Below, piece by piece: positions 17,344 through 25,598 of a DNA stretch of 32,000 bases. Below the pieces are notes generated by a model, which saw nothing but the letters and a program-made list of their open reading frames with translations, did no database searches and was not told the origin of the DNA. The stretch's first letter is position 1. The number at the start of each line of letters is the position of its first letter. The DNA lies in assembly GCF_000018785.1 (NCBI RefSeq), contig NC_010163.1:330001-362000 (forward strand). The letters run 5' to 3'. The translations under genes and the position numbers were made by a program. The DNA comes from Acholeplasma laidlawii PG-8A. GTDB taxonomy: Bacteria; Bacillota_I; Bacilli_A; Acholeplasmatales; Acholeplasmataceae.

Positions 17344-19414
17344 AAAGAGACAAAAAGATGTATATCAAGAAGTGTTTACAATACCTCAAATACCTAAAAT
17401 AGATGGTATACGTAAACAACATAAATATGTTAAGGAAGGATTTATCTCTCCGCTTTTTGGTAGTGACGTAAAAGATGAAATTCATGTACCGTTTGTTGTC
17501 AGAGTCATTGGTGATAAGGTAAAAAAATATGACGCCTTTAGAACTGTACCTAAAATGGATGATGATGCCAATATTCAAAAAACTGGTAATAAATATTATG
17601 AATTTAAAGATGGTATTATTTCTAAAGAAACTAGAAAACAAATTTTCGGTATAGATTCTTATAAACATAAAAACCAAGATGCACCTGTAAAAGAAGATGT
17701 AGCCTTTGAACCAAAAATTGAAGAAGAGATTCAACCAATTAAAATGAATCACGTGGAAACACCTGAAAATACACTACCACCTTGGATGCGTGGTAAACAT
17801 ATTGAGACAACACCAGAAATTGGTGGTCTTGATGTGGATACATTTAAGCGTCCAAGTAAAGGAATTCAAATTAAAGCTAATTTTGGTGAGGAAATTAGTG
17901 AAGATTATCCAGAACAAGCACCCCCTAAATATGTTGAACCTAAGAAAACGGAAGTTAGACAAGCATTTAGAGCACACACACCTACTAGTAATTATCAACT
18001 GCCACCATTAACATTACTTAAAAAAGTAGAAAGAAGCGCAGATGATAAACCTGAATGGTTAGTAGAACAAGTTGAACGTATTAATCAAACCTTAATTGAT
18101 CACGCTGTTGAAGGTGAAGTGGCTCAATCTAAAAAAGGTCCAACAGTTACAAGACATGAGATTTCTCTAGAACCTGGTGTTCCGGTAAAACGTATTACAA
18201 GTCTTCAAGATAACTTAATGATGAATTTAGCTGCTAAAACACTACGTATTGAAGCACCAATTCCTGGTAAACCATTTGTTGGTATTGAAGTACCAAATAA
18301 GATTGCTGATATAGTATCCTTTGGTAATGTTGTAGATACAGATGAATTTTTAGAAGATCATAAACATCCACTTAAAGTAGCTTTAGGGGAAGATATTGAT
18401 GGTACAAACATTTATGTAGATATCGCTAAAATGCCACACGGTTTAATCGCTGGTGGTACCGGATCTGGTAAGTCTGTTTGTGTGAACTCCATATTAATTT
18501 CTTTATTATTAAAGAACAGACCAGAGGACTTAAAACTAATTTTAATTGACCCTAAAATGGTAGAACTTACACCTTATAATGATCTACCTCATTTAATCAC
18601 GCCTGTTATTACAGATCCAAAAATGGCTGCAACAGCACTAAACTGGGTTGTTGATGAAATGGAAGATCGCTATAAAAAATTTGCAGGTACAAGATCAAGA
18701 GATATAGGTAGTTTTAATGAGAATGTTAAAAAGGGATTTATTGATGAACAAAAAATGCCTTTAATTTTAATCGTCATTGATGAGTTAGCTGACCTTATGA
18801 TGGTTGCTGCACATGATGTTGAAAATGCTATTCAACGTATCACTCAAAAAGCACGTGCAGCAGGGATTCACTTACTTGTAGCAACACAAAGACCAACAGT
18901 CGATGTCATTAGAGGTACGATAAAGTCAAATATTCCTACACGTATTGCATTTAGAGTGGCAAGCTTTACAGACTCTACAACCATTTTAGATGGTGCAGGG
19001 GCTGAGCAATTACTTGGTCGAGGCGATATGCTTTTAAAAGAAGCTGAAAGACCAATTAGATTACAAGGTGCTTATATTTCAAATAACGAAATTGATGCCG
19101 TTATTGATTTTATCAGACAACAAACAACGCCACAATATATCTTAAAACATGAAGATTTAAGACATATTGTACAAGCAAAAGATACCATTGATGATGATCT
19201 ATTCGCACAAGTTGCAGAATATGTAGTAAGTGAAAATAGTTGTTCTATCAATGGTATTCAAAAAGAATATAATATTGGTTTTAACCGTGCACAAAAAATA
19301 GCTACCTTATTAGAACAATATGGTATTGTCTCCCCTGCACAAGGAACCAAAGCGCGTGAAGTCTTAATTGATATGTTAAGCTTACGAGAAATTTTAGAAA
19401 AGTTGGGATTATAA
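17333..19414 (+). CDS. ftsK: FtsK/SpoIIIE-family DNA translocase lacking N-terminal membrane segments (SftA-like architecture)
   Basis: 693-aa ORF. The motor domain has Walker A GGTGSGKS and Walker B LIVIDELADL, plus ATQRP..DVI.G.IK.N.P.RIAF.V. A C-terminal gamma winged-helix domain is present (SINGIQKEYNIGFNRAQKIATLLEQYGIV). The start is TTG with an AGGGGGAAGAG RBS. The first ~230 aa contain no hydrophobic segment. Confidence 0.9.
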   Translation: MKRKKRQKDVYQEVFTIPQIPKIDGIRKQHKYVKEGFISPLFGSDVKDEIHVPFVVRVIGDKVKKYDAFRTVPKMDDDANIQKTGNKYYEFKDGIISKETRKQIFGIDSYKHKNQDAPVKEDVAFEPKIEEEIQPIKMNHVETPENTLPPWMRGKHIETTPEIGGLDVDTFKRPSKGIQIKANFGEEISEDYPEQAPPKYVEPKKTEVRQAFRAHTPTSNYQLPPLTLLKKVERSADDKPEWLVEQVERINQTLIDHAVEGEVAQSKKGPTVTRHEISLEPGVPVKRITSLQDNLMMNLAAKTLRIEAPIPGKPFVGIEVPNKIADIVSFGNVVDTDEFLEDHKHPLKVALGEDIDGTNIYVDIAKMPHGLIAGGTGSGKSVCVNSILISLLLKNRPEDLKLILIDPKMVELTPYNDLPHLITPVITDPKMAATALNWVVDEMEDRYKKFAGTRSRDIGSFNENVKKGFIDEQKMPLILIVIDELADLMMVAAHDVENAIQRITQKARAAGIHLLVATQRPTVDVIRGTIKSNIPTRIAFRVASFTDSTTILDGAGAEQLLGRGDMLLKEAERPIRLQGAYISNNEIDAVIDFIRQQTTPQYILKHEDLRHIVQAKDTIDDDLFAQVAEYVVSENSCSINGIQKEYNIGFNRAQKIATLLEQYGIVSPAQGTKAREVLIDMLSLREILEKLGL

Positions 19415-20274
19415 TGAAACAGGTTCAATGGTTTCCAGGACATATGTTCAAGTCCTTGAGAGAAATCAAGGAAAAAATTAAACTCATGGATATGGTATTT
19501 TTGCTCGTTGATGCAAGATTACCGTTTAGTAGTATGAATCCAGAGATTCTTAAAATTGTTGGTGACAAACCAACACTTTTATTGTTCAACAAAATCGATT
19601 TAGCTGATAGAAAAACTGTCGATAAATGGGTAGAATTTTATGAAGCGCAAGGTTTTTATACCCTCCTTATTAATAGTAATGATGGCTTCAATGTAAATAA
19701 AATTTATAGTAGAAGTAAAGAAATCTTAGAAGAAAAGATATTAAGATCTAAAAATAAAGGTATGAAGTTTGACCGTGTACGTGGAATGATTTTAGGTATA
19801 CCAAATGTTGGTAAATCTACCTTGATCAATAAGTTAGTATCTAAAAAGGCAACAAACGTTGGAAATAAACCAGGGGTGACTAAATCCCAACAATGGATTA
19901 AAATCAACCCACACTTCGAACTCCTTGATACACCAGGTGTATTATGGCCAAAATTTGAAGATGAAACTGTAGGGTTTGCGCTTGCCATTACTGGTGCGAT
20001 TAAAGATGATACGCTGCCAATGAATCAAGTAGTCATTTATGCAATTAACTACTTAAAAGAATATTATCCAATACGTTTAAAAGAACGCTATGGTATTGAA
20101 AATGTTCAGGATTTAGATGAAGTTGAAATACTTGATCATATTGGTAAAGTAAGAGGTGCTATTGTTAAAGGTGGCGAAACTGATTATGACAGAGTATATA
20201 CGATATTATTAACAGATATAAGAAATAGAAATTTAGGAGCACTAAGCTTTGACCATAGACAATCTAGCATTTGA
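19414..20274 (+). CDS. rbgA: ribosome biogenesis GTPase A (YlqF/RbgA)
   Basis: The 286-aa ORF begins VQWFPGHM and has circularly permuted GTPase motifs (NKIDL ... GIPNVGKST ... DTPG). Confidence 0.92.
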   Translation: MKQVQWFPGHMFKSLREIKEKIKLMDMVFLLVDARLPFSSMNPEILKIVGDKPTLLLFNKIDLADRKTVDKWVEFYEAQGFYTLLINSNDGFNVNKIYSRSKEILEEKILRSKNKGMKFDRVRGMILGIPNVGKSTLINKLVSKKATNVGNKPGVTKSQQWIKINPHFELLDTPGVLWPKFEDETVGFALAITGAIKDDTLPMNQVVIYAINYLKEYYPIRLKERYGIENVQDLDEVEILDHIGKVRGAIVKGGETDYDRVYTILLTDIRNRNLGALSFDHRQSSI

Positions 20275-20857
20275 AAAAGCACTTTATGATAAAGGGTATA
20301 CCTATATTTGTGGTGTAGATGAAGCTGGACGTGGTCCACTAGCTGGTCCAGTTGTTGCTGCAGCTGTAATTTTCGAAAAAGGTTTTTATCATGAAGACAT
20401 TAATGATTCTAAAACTTTATCAGCTAAAAAACGTGAAACCTTATTTGAACTCATTAAACAACATGCACTTGCAATTGGTGTAAGTGTTGTAAATCATGAA
20501 GTGATTGATAAAATAAATATATTAGAAGCAGCAAGACATGCAATGGAAGATGCTATTTCAAAACTAAAGATTAAACCACAATACGCATTAACTGATCATA
20601 TGGATATAAAAGGTATACCTTATACCTCCATTAAACATGGCGACCAACTATCTATATCGATTGCTGCAGCAAGTATAATTGCTAAAGTGACTAGAGATAA
20701 ATTGATGGTGGATTATGATGAGGTTTATCCTCAATACGGATTTAAAGACCATAAAGGTTATGGTACAAGAAAACATTTAGAGGCTCTAAATTTGTATGGT
20801 GTATCACCAATTCACCGTAAAACTTTTGCGCCCGTGGCTAAGTTATTAAAACAATAA
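20249..20857 (+). CDS. rnhB: ribonuclease HII
   Basis: The 202-aa ORF carries GVDEAGRGPLAGPVVAAAV, DSK.L and SIAAASIIAKV.RD. The TTG start lies 9 nt after GGAG and overlaps the rbgA end. rbgA-rnhB is a conserved Firmicute pair. Confidence 0.92.
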   Translation: MTIDNLAFEKALYDKGYTYICGVDEAGRGPLAGPVVAAAVIFEKGFYHEDINDSKTLSAKKRETLFELIKQHALAIGVSVVNHEVIDKINILEAARHAMEDAISKLKIKPQYALTDHMDIKGIPYTSIKHGDQLSISIAAASIIAKVTRDKLMVDYDEVYPQYGFKDHKGYGTRKHLEALNLYGVSPIHRKTFAPVAKLLKQ

Positions 20858-20961
20858 TCATGTGAAATCATGGTTTTGTTTTTCTATATGGACTAAAAAA
20901 TGTAAAAAAAACCTTCTATATAATATATTTATATAGAATAAAATATAAGAAAATTGAATAC

Positions 20962-20989
20962 TTGACATCAAGAATTTTAATTATATAAT
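20962..20989 (+). promoter_or_regulatory. near-consensus sigma-A promoter of topA
   Basis: TTGACA (20962-20967), 16-bp spacer, TATAAT (20984-20989). Confidence 0.6.
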
Positions 20990-21024
20990 TGATAAGGTAT
21001 AAAACTAAAGAATTGAGGCAATCT

Positions 21025-22812
21025 ATGTCAGACAAAGTAATTATTGTAGAATCACCTGCAAAATCAAAAACTATCTCAAGTTATTTCAACGATGAAGTAA
21101 CTGTTTTATCATCGGTAGGTCATATTAGAGACCTAGCAACCTCTGGTAAGGGTGGTTTAGGTGTAGATGTAGATAACAATTTTGAACCTACCTATAAAAT
21201 CATTACTGGTAAAGGTAAACTGATTACTGATTTAAAGAAAAAAACAAAAGGTAAAGAAGTTTTAATTGCAACCGACCCGGACCGCGAAGGAGAAGCTATC
21301 GCTTGGCATATCGCTGATGAGTTAGGTCTAGATTTAAACGAACATAACCGTATTGTTTTTAAAGAAATCACAAAACCTGCAGTTATGGAAGCAATCAACC
21401 ATAAACGTCAAATCGATTTAGGATTAGTCAACTCTCAAGAAAGTAGACGTATTTTAGACAGAATCATTGGTTTTAAACTATCTGCATTTTTAAGAGACAA
21501 AATTAAATCCAGATCAGCTGGTCGTGTTCAAAGTGTGGCTTTAAAACTAATTGTGGACTTAGAACGTGAAATTGAAAAATTTGTGCCTGAAACATATTTC
21601 ACCATGCATGCACATTTTAATGACCATGTAGCAGATTATGTTATTCCAAAAGATACACGTATTGGATTAGAAGAAGCTACTAAAATTGTTGAAACATCAA
21701 CAAATCCATTTTTAGTAAGTGATATTACTCAAAAAGAAACAAAAAGAAACGCTAAACCACCTTACATGACATCTACCTTACTTCAAGATGGCGTAAACAG
21801 TCTATATATGAGCTCTAGCCGTGTGATGTCAGTTGCATCTGAACTTTATCAAGGTATTGAAATCAATGGTCAAATTATCGGTTTAATCACGTATATGAAA
21901 ACAGACTCTAATCGTTTATCTAAAGAGTTTGTAAATCCTGCAAAAGCATTCATTGAAACAAACTATGGAAAAGAATATGTTGGTTTTTATAAGACAAATA
22001 ATAAAGACTCTAGTCAGGATGCCCACGAAGCAATCAGACCTACAGATATTCATTTAACACCAGAAAAAATAGAGCAATACTTATCAAAAGACCAATTTAA
22101 ACTTTATAAGAGAATTTATGAACGTGCAGTAGGATCACTTATGGCACCTGCAGTATTTAACAATACTAAAATTACGCTAGATTCAAATGGCAATATTTAT
22201 ACAATGGATGGAAGTATTCAAGTATTTGATGGTCACTTAAAAGTAACAGGTGATAAATCAAAAGATAAATTCTTACCTGAATATAAAATTGGTGATAAAC
22301 TAAATGCTGATTTAGTTGAAAAGATTGAAAAACAAACCCAACCACCTGCTCGTTTTAATGAAGCATCACTCATTAAAGCATTAGAAGCAAACGGTATTGG
22401 TAGACCATCTACATATGCAAGTATCATTAAAACGATTAAAGCACGCGACTATGTTATTGTAGATGAAAAACGATTTATTCCAACAGAACAAGGAAAGCTG
22501 ACAGTAGATACCTTGAATCAATACTTTAATAAAATCATGAAAATTGATTATACATCTAATATGGAATCAGAACTTGACTTAATTGCAGATGGTAAAGTTG
22601 ATCATATTCAATTATTGAAAGATTTTTACAATAAATTTATGCCGATTTTAGAAGCTGCTCAACAAAATATGGAAAAAATAAAACCGGTTGTAACTGATAA
22701 AATATGTCCACTGTGCGGTGGAAACCTAGTTATTAGAAAATCTAGATATGGTGAGTTCTATGGTTGCAGCAATTTTCCGAAGTGTAAACACATTGAACAG
22801 ATGTCGGAATAA
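21025..22812 (+). CDS. topA: DNA topoisomerase I
   Basis: It has a TOPRIM N-terminus (VIIVESPAKSKTI..Y), DPDREGEAIAWH, the active-site region GLITYMKTDS, and one C-terminal zinc ribbon (CPLCGG...CSNFPKCKH). I chose the ATG at 21025 (GAGG RBS at 21015-21018) over the track's TTG at 20989, which overlaps the -10 box. Confidence 0.93.
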   Translation: MSDKVIIVESPAKSKTISSYFNDEVTVLSSVGHIRDLATSGKGGLGVDVDNNFEPTYKIITGKGKLITDLKKKTKGKEVLIATDPDREGEAIAWHIADELGLDLNEHNRIVFKEITKPAVMEAINHKRQIDLGLVNSQESRRILDRIIGFKLSAFLRDKIKSRSAGRVQSVALKLIVDLEREIEKFVPETYFTMHAHFNDHVADYVIPKDTRIGLEEATKIVETSTNPFLVSDITQKETKRNAKPPYMTSTLLQDGVNSLYMSSSRVMSVASELYQGIEINGQIIGLITYMKTDSNRLSKEFVNPAKAFIETNYGKEYVGFYKTNNKDSSQDAHEAIRPTDIHLTPEKIEQYLSKDQFKLYKRIYERAVGSLMAPAVFNNTKITLDSNGNIYTMDGSIQVFDGHLKVTGDKSKDKFLPEYKIGDKLNADLVEKIEKQTQPPARFNEASLIKALEANGIGRPSTYASIIKTIKARDYVIVDEKRFIPTEQGKLTVDTLNQYFNKIMKIDYTSNMESELDLIADGKVDHIQLLKDFYNKFMPILEAAQQNMEKIKPVVTDKICPLCGGNLVIRKSRYGEFYGCSNFPKCKHIEQMSE

Positions 22813-22845
22813 ATGTGTTATTAAATACATAAATACGCATTAAAC

Positions 22846-22874
22846 TTTACATAGAAAAAGAATAAGAATATAAT
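22846..22874 (+). promoter_or_regulatory. candidate promoter for the C-rich small RNA
   Basis: TTTACA (22846-22851), 17-bp spacer, TATAAT (22869-22874). The predicted start is near G22881. Confidence 0.45.
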
Positions 22875-22880
22875 GAAAAT

Positions 22881-22981
22881 GCATCCAAACTATTGGGTGC
22901 TACTTATCCCCTATTAGTGTACTTAGTACACAAATCCCCTTTAATGATCCCCTGGCCTTTAGTCAGGGGATCGCTTTTTTT
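22881..22981 (+). ncRNA. candidate ~100-nt small RNA with three ATCCCCT motifs (RsaE/RoxS-like architecture)
   Basis: A promoter lies upstream. Hairpin 1 is 22881-22886/22895-22900 and hairpin 2 is 22917-22922/22926-22931. ATCCCCT occurs at 22906-22912 and 22934-22940 (both predicted unpaired) and at 22947-22953 (in the terminator stem). A strong terminator with T7 follows. There is no ORF. Confidence 0.45.
22946..22981 (+). terminator. rho-independent terminator (ends topA transcription and the candidate sRNA)
   Basis: A GC-rich 9-bp stem GATCCCCTG (22946-22954) / CAGGGGATC (22964-22972) is followed by GC and T7 (22975-22981). Confidence 0.88.
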
Positions 22982-23052
22982 ATTATTAGTACCATTTAAT
23001 AATTCAAGTTCACTATGTTATAATAATACATATTACTAAAAAGGGATAAGTT

Positions 23053-25539
23053 ATGAAAAAATTAATATTACTGTTTTTATTGATGCCTATTTTAACTTCG
23101 TGTGAAATAGGCAAACCATTGATAGAGTTTGAATCTAATGGAGCGAATCACATCTCACCTATAGAATTTTTAGGTATAGAAAACCTACCTAGTCCAGAAA
23201 AGGAAGGACATACCTTTGAAGGCTGGTATTTGGATAACGGTTTAACGAATAAACTTATAGATGATGAACAAATCATTTCGAACACAAAGGTATACGCAAA
23301 ATGGATTGTTAACCAATACAACATCGAATTTGAAGTAGATGGTGGTATTGAAATCGATCCACTTACAAATGATTTTGGTGCAGATATTACAAATTTACCT
23401 TCACCTGAAAAAGAAGGGTATAGTTTTGATGGTTGGTATTTAGAAAGTAACTTAGCTACTTTATTTGAAAGTGATACAATGCCTTCTAAAAACATCGTAC
23501 TTTACGCAAAATGGAATATAAATAACTATGATATCAATTATTATTATGAAGGTGAACTATTAAGTAGTTTTACAGTGCCTTTTAATCAGATAGTTTTAGG
23601 AGAACATGCGTATGAAGCACCTAAAATTGAAGGTTATACATTTTTATCATGGAGTGTAGAACTACCAACACTTATGCCCGCTCATGACATTAGTATTGAT
23701 GCGATTTATGAAATTAACACCTATCAAGTCACTTACATAGACTATAATGGTGACATCTTATTAGAACTTGAAGTTGATTACAATTCAACAGCAGCATTAC
23801 CTGATGTACCAAATAATCAAGAAGGTTATCATTTTGTCAAATGGGATAAGACCAATGAAAAGATTTCATCAAATGTAACAATTAAAGCCGTTTATGAGAT
23901 AAATATATATGAAGTAACTATTTTAGACTACGATCAAACCTATCTTGGATCAGAGTCTATTGAACATGGTTCTATTTTCACAACAAGTATATTACCTCAA
24001 AACTATCCAGGGAAACTCTTTTTTGGATGGGATATAGGAACCGATATTATCACATCTGATCTTACAGTTGTTGCTGAATATAGTGATATCATTCATATTT
24101 CTTTTGAAGTAGATGGTGGATTAGAATTAGAAAATATACAAATACCAAAAGGTAAACCACTGAGTGTTGAACCAGTTACTTCCAAAATAGATTATTATTT
24201 TGTTAGTTGGTATCTAGATTCTGAATTTATTGAAATTTATTATCATGATCATATATTTACTTCAGATGCTACACTTTATGCAAAATATAGTGAAACAGCA
24301 CCAGAAGAAATAGTTATCATGCATGATAAATTAAATGAAGTAGATCCATTTCATCCATTTTATACAGCACCTGATAAAATGGAGCGACAAAAGGTTATTA
24401 AAGAAGTTGAAATAAGATTAAATGTTAAGGTTATATTTAAAGCATATCACGAACAAGCAGCTTATGGTAGAGACCGTATAAATAGTATTAAAAATAGTGC
24501 TATTGCAGGGGTTTTGATGGCTGATATATTATCAATTAACTCTGACTGGACAGTAGAACTTGTTAAAGCAGGTGCAATCGATCCTGTAGACAGATATATA
24601 ATGTTTTCTGGTGATTCAAAAATTTCTGAAAATTCCAAAATTTTAGGTATGTATAATGGCAGAATCTATACATTTACTGAAAACGAACCTACTGTAGACA
24701 AAGGTTTATTCTTCAATTTAGATTTATTGAGATCATTAGGTCTTGAAAACCCGGCTGAACTATTTAATCAAAACGGGTGGACTTGGTCGAACTTTGAAGC
24801 ATGGGCAACATCTGCTAAAACAGCTTTAGAAAGTTTAGGCAAAGAGTATAAGGTACTAGGTGGTAATCGTGCTTTATATGCTGAAAGCATAATTCCTTTA
24901 AATGGCAGTTCCTTAATTAACTATCGAAACGAAAGGGTTGAATTCCACTATGCAATTGCTGGAGAAACATATAGTTTCCTTCATGAATTGCATAAAAAAG
25001 GATTATTTGAAAACTCAGGAAGATATGATGCAGGTTCTCCTTTATGGTTATCTGGTAAAGTACTGATACATCCTGGTGAGTTATCTTTCTTAGATGCTTC
25101 AAATAGATGGAAGCATATTTCATTTGATTTAGGTTATGTGCCTTATCCAAGTAGTGATAATTATTTTGGAACATATCAATCAGCGATAAGTAATAAAGAT
25201 GTGTATGCTGTATCTACTAGTCAAAATGCTTATAAACAGGAACTCGCATTCAAAGTCTGGAATGAAATTCAAACTTGGAAAACAAAAGAAGATCAAATAA
25301 ATGACCTAAGCACTTTCTTACAAAATAGAATGAATGATGAAGCTTCAGTCTCAGCATATCTATCTATATATAATCAAATAACTATAGATCCAATAAACAG
25401 TCTAGGTATATTAAAAACCTCTAATTATAGTTGGTATACCGCTGCAAACCTGGCCATCATAAATGGCAATTGGAGGGATCAAATGGATATTATAAGACCA
25501 AGTTATGAAGATGCAGTTGAAACTTATTACGGATACTAA
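23053..25539 (+). CDS. surface lipoprotein: six Listeria/Bacteroides-type (Flg_new-like) repeats fused to a family-1-like solute-binding domain
   Basis: 828-aa ORF. The signal peptide has a lipobox (MKKLILLFLLMPILTS-C17). Repeats with the G(Y/H)xFxGWY...(V/L)YAKW signature follow. The C-terminal ~415 aa resemble sugar-type ABC substrate-binding proteins (NGWTWSNFEAWA, KVLGG, LGYVPYP). Confidence 0.75.
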   Translation: MKKLILLFLLMPILTSCEIGKPLIEFESNGANHISPIEFLGIENLPSPEKEGHTFEGWYLDNGLTNKLIDDEQIISNTKVYAKWIVNQYNIEFEVDGGIEIDPLTNDFGADITNLPSPEKEGYSFDGWYLESNLATLFESDTMPSKNIVLYAKWNINNYDINYYYEGELLSSFTVPFNQIVLGEHAYEAPKIEGYTFLSWSVELPTLMPAHDISIDAIYEINTYQVTYIDYNGDILLELEVDYNSTAALPDVPNNQEGYHFVKWDKTNEKISSNVTIKAVYEINIYEVTILDYDQTYLGSESIEHGSIFTTSILPQNYPGKLFFGWDIGTDIITSDLTVVAEYSDIIHISFEVDGGLELENIQIPKGKPLSVEPVTSKIDYYFVSWYLDSEFIEIYYHDHIFTSDATLYAKYSETAPEEIVIMHDKLNEVDPFHPFYTAPDKMERQKVIKEVEIRLNVKVIFKAYHEQAAYGRDRINSIKNSAIAGVLMADILSINSDWTVELVKAGAIDPVDRYIMFSGDSKISENSKILGMYNGRIYTFTENEPTVDKGLFFNLDLLRSLGLENPAELFNQNGWTWSNFEAWATSAKTALESLGKEYKVLGGNRALYAESIIPLNGSSLINYRNERVEFHYAIAGETYSFLHELHKKGLFENSGRYDAGSPLWLSGKVLIHPGELSFLDASNRWKHISFDLGYVPYPSSDNYFGTYQSAISNKDVYAVSTSQNAYKQELAFKVWNEIQTWKTKEDQINDLSTFLQNRMNDEASVSAYLSIYNQITIDPINSLGILKTSNYSWYTAANLAIINGNWRDQMDIIRPSYEDAVETYYGY
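23104..24288 (+). repeat. six tandem ~62-70-aa protein repeats (diverged at DNA level) within the lipoprotein gene
   Basis: Repeat units span aa 18-84, 85-154, 155-219, 220-281, 282-343 and 344-412. Each ends in an aromatic (Y/W) after a hydrophobic strand and contains the EG(H/Y)xFxxW core. Units 1 and 2 share NLPSPEKEG(H/Y).F.GWYL. Confidence 0.7.
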
Positions 25540-25568
25540 ACACTATATTCATTTAAATTGATTATTTT

Positions 25569-25598
25569 AAAAAGTCTATCGCTGTCGATAGACTTTTA
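25569..25598 (+). terminator. rho-independent terminator after the lipoprotein gene
   Basis: Stem AAAAGTCTATCG (25570-25581) / CGATAGACTTTT (25586-25597) with a 4-nt loop CTGT. The T-run forms part of the right arm. Confidence 0.75.

Noticed and set aside
17252-17752. A 166-aa minus-strand ORF, the longest of many antisense ORFs in the track (others include 1995-2219, 3587-3799, 5390-5617, 6891-7079, 9726-9956, 13596-13790, 16497-16730, 17774-17998, 17790-18011, 19258-19443, 19704-19988, 21192-21398, 22233-22427, 23148-23495, 24917-25174, 29278-29460, 29681-30016, 31069-31275 and 31606-31824).
   Set aside because: All lie entirely inside or opposite well-supported genes with clear family signatures. 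Their products are Phe/Ile/Leu/Ser-rich low-complexity strings, as expected from reading Lys/Glu/Asn-rich AT-rich coding DNA on the wrong strand or frame. None has a convincing RBS or any recognisable motif.
20864-20885. A possible terminator hairpin after rnhB (CATG-tgaaat-CATG followed by GTTTTGTTTTT).
   Set aside because: The stem has only 4 bp, too weak to call. Transcription from the ftsK-rbgA-rnhB unit may end here inefficiently or at the AT-rich palindrome at 20914-20938, but the sequence alone does not support a terminator call.
20989-21024. The ORF-track start of topA at TTG 20989 (MIRYKTKELRQS...).
   Set aside because: This TTG overlaps the last base of the near-consensus -10 box (TATAAT, 20984-20989), so it would lie upstream of the transcript start. 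The ATG at 21025 has a GAGG RBS and immediately begins the conserved TOPRIM N-terminus (MSDKVIIVESPAKSK).
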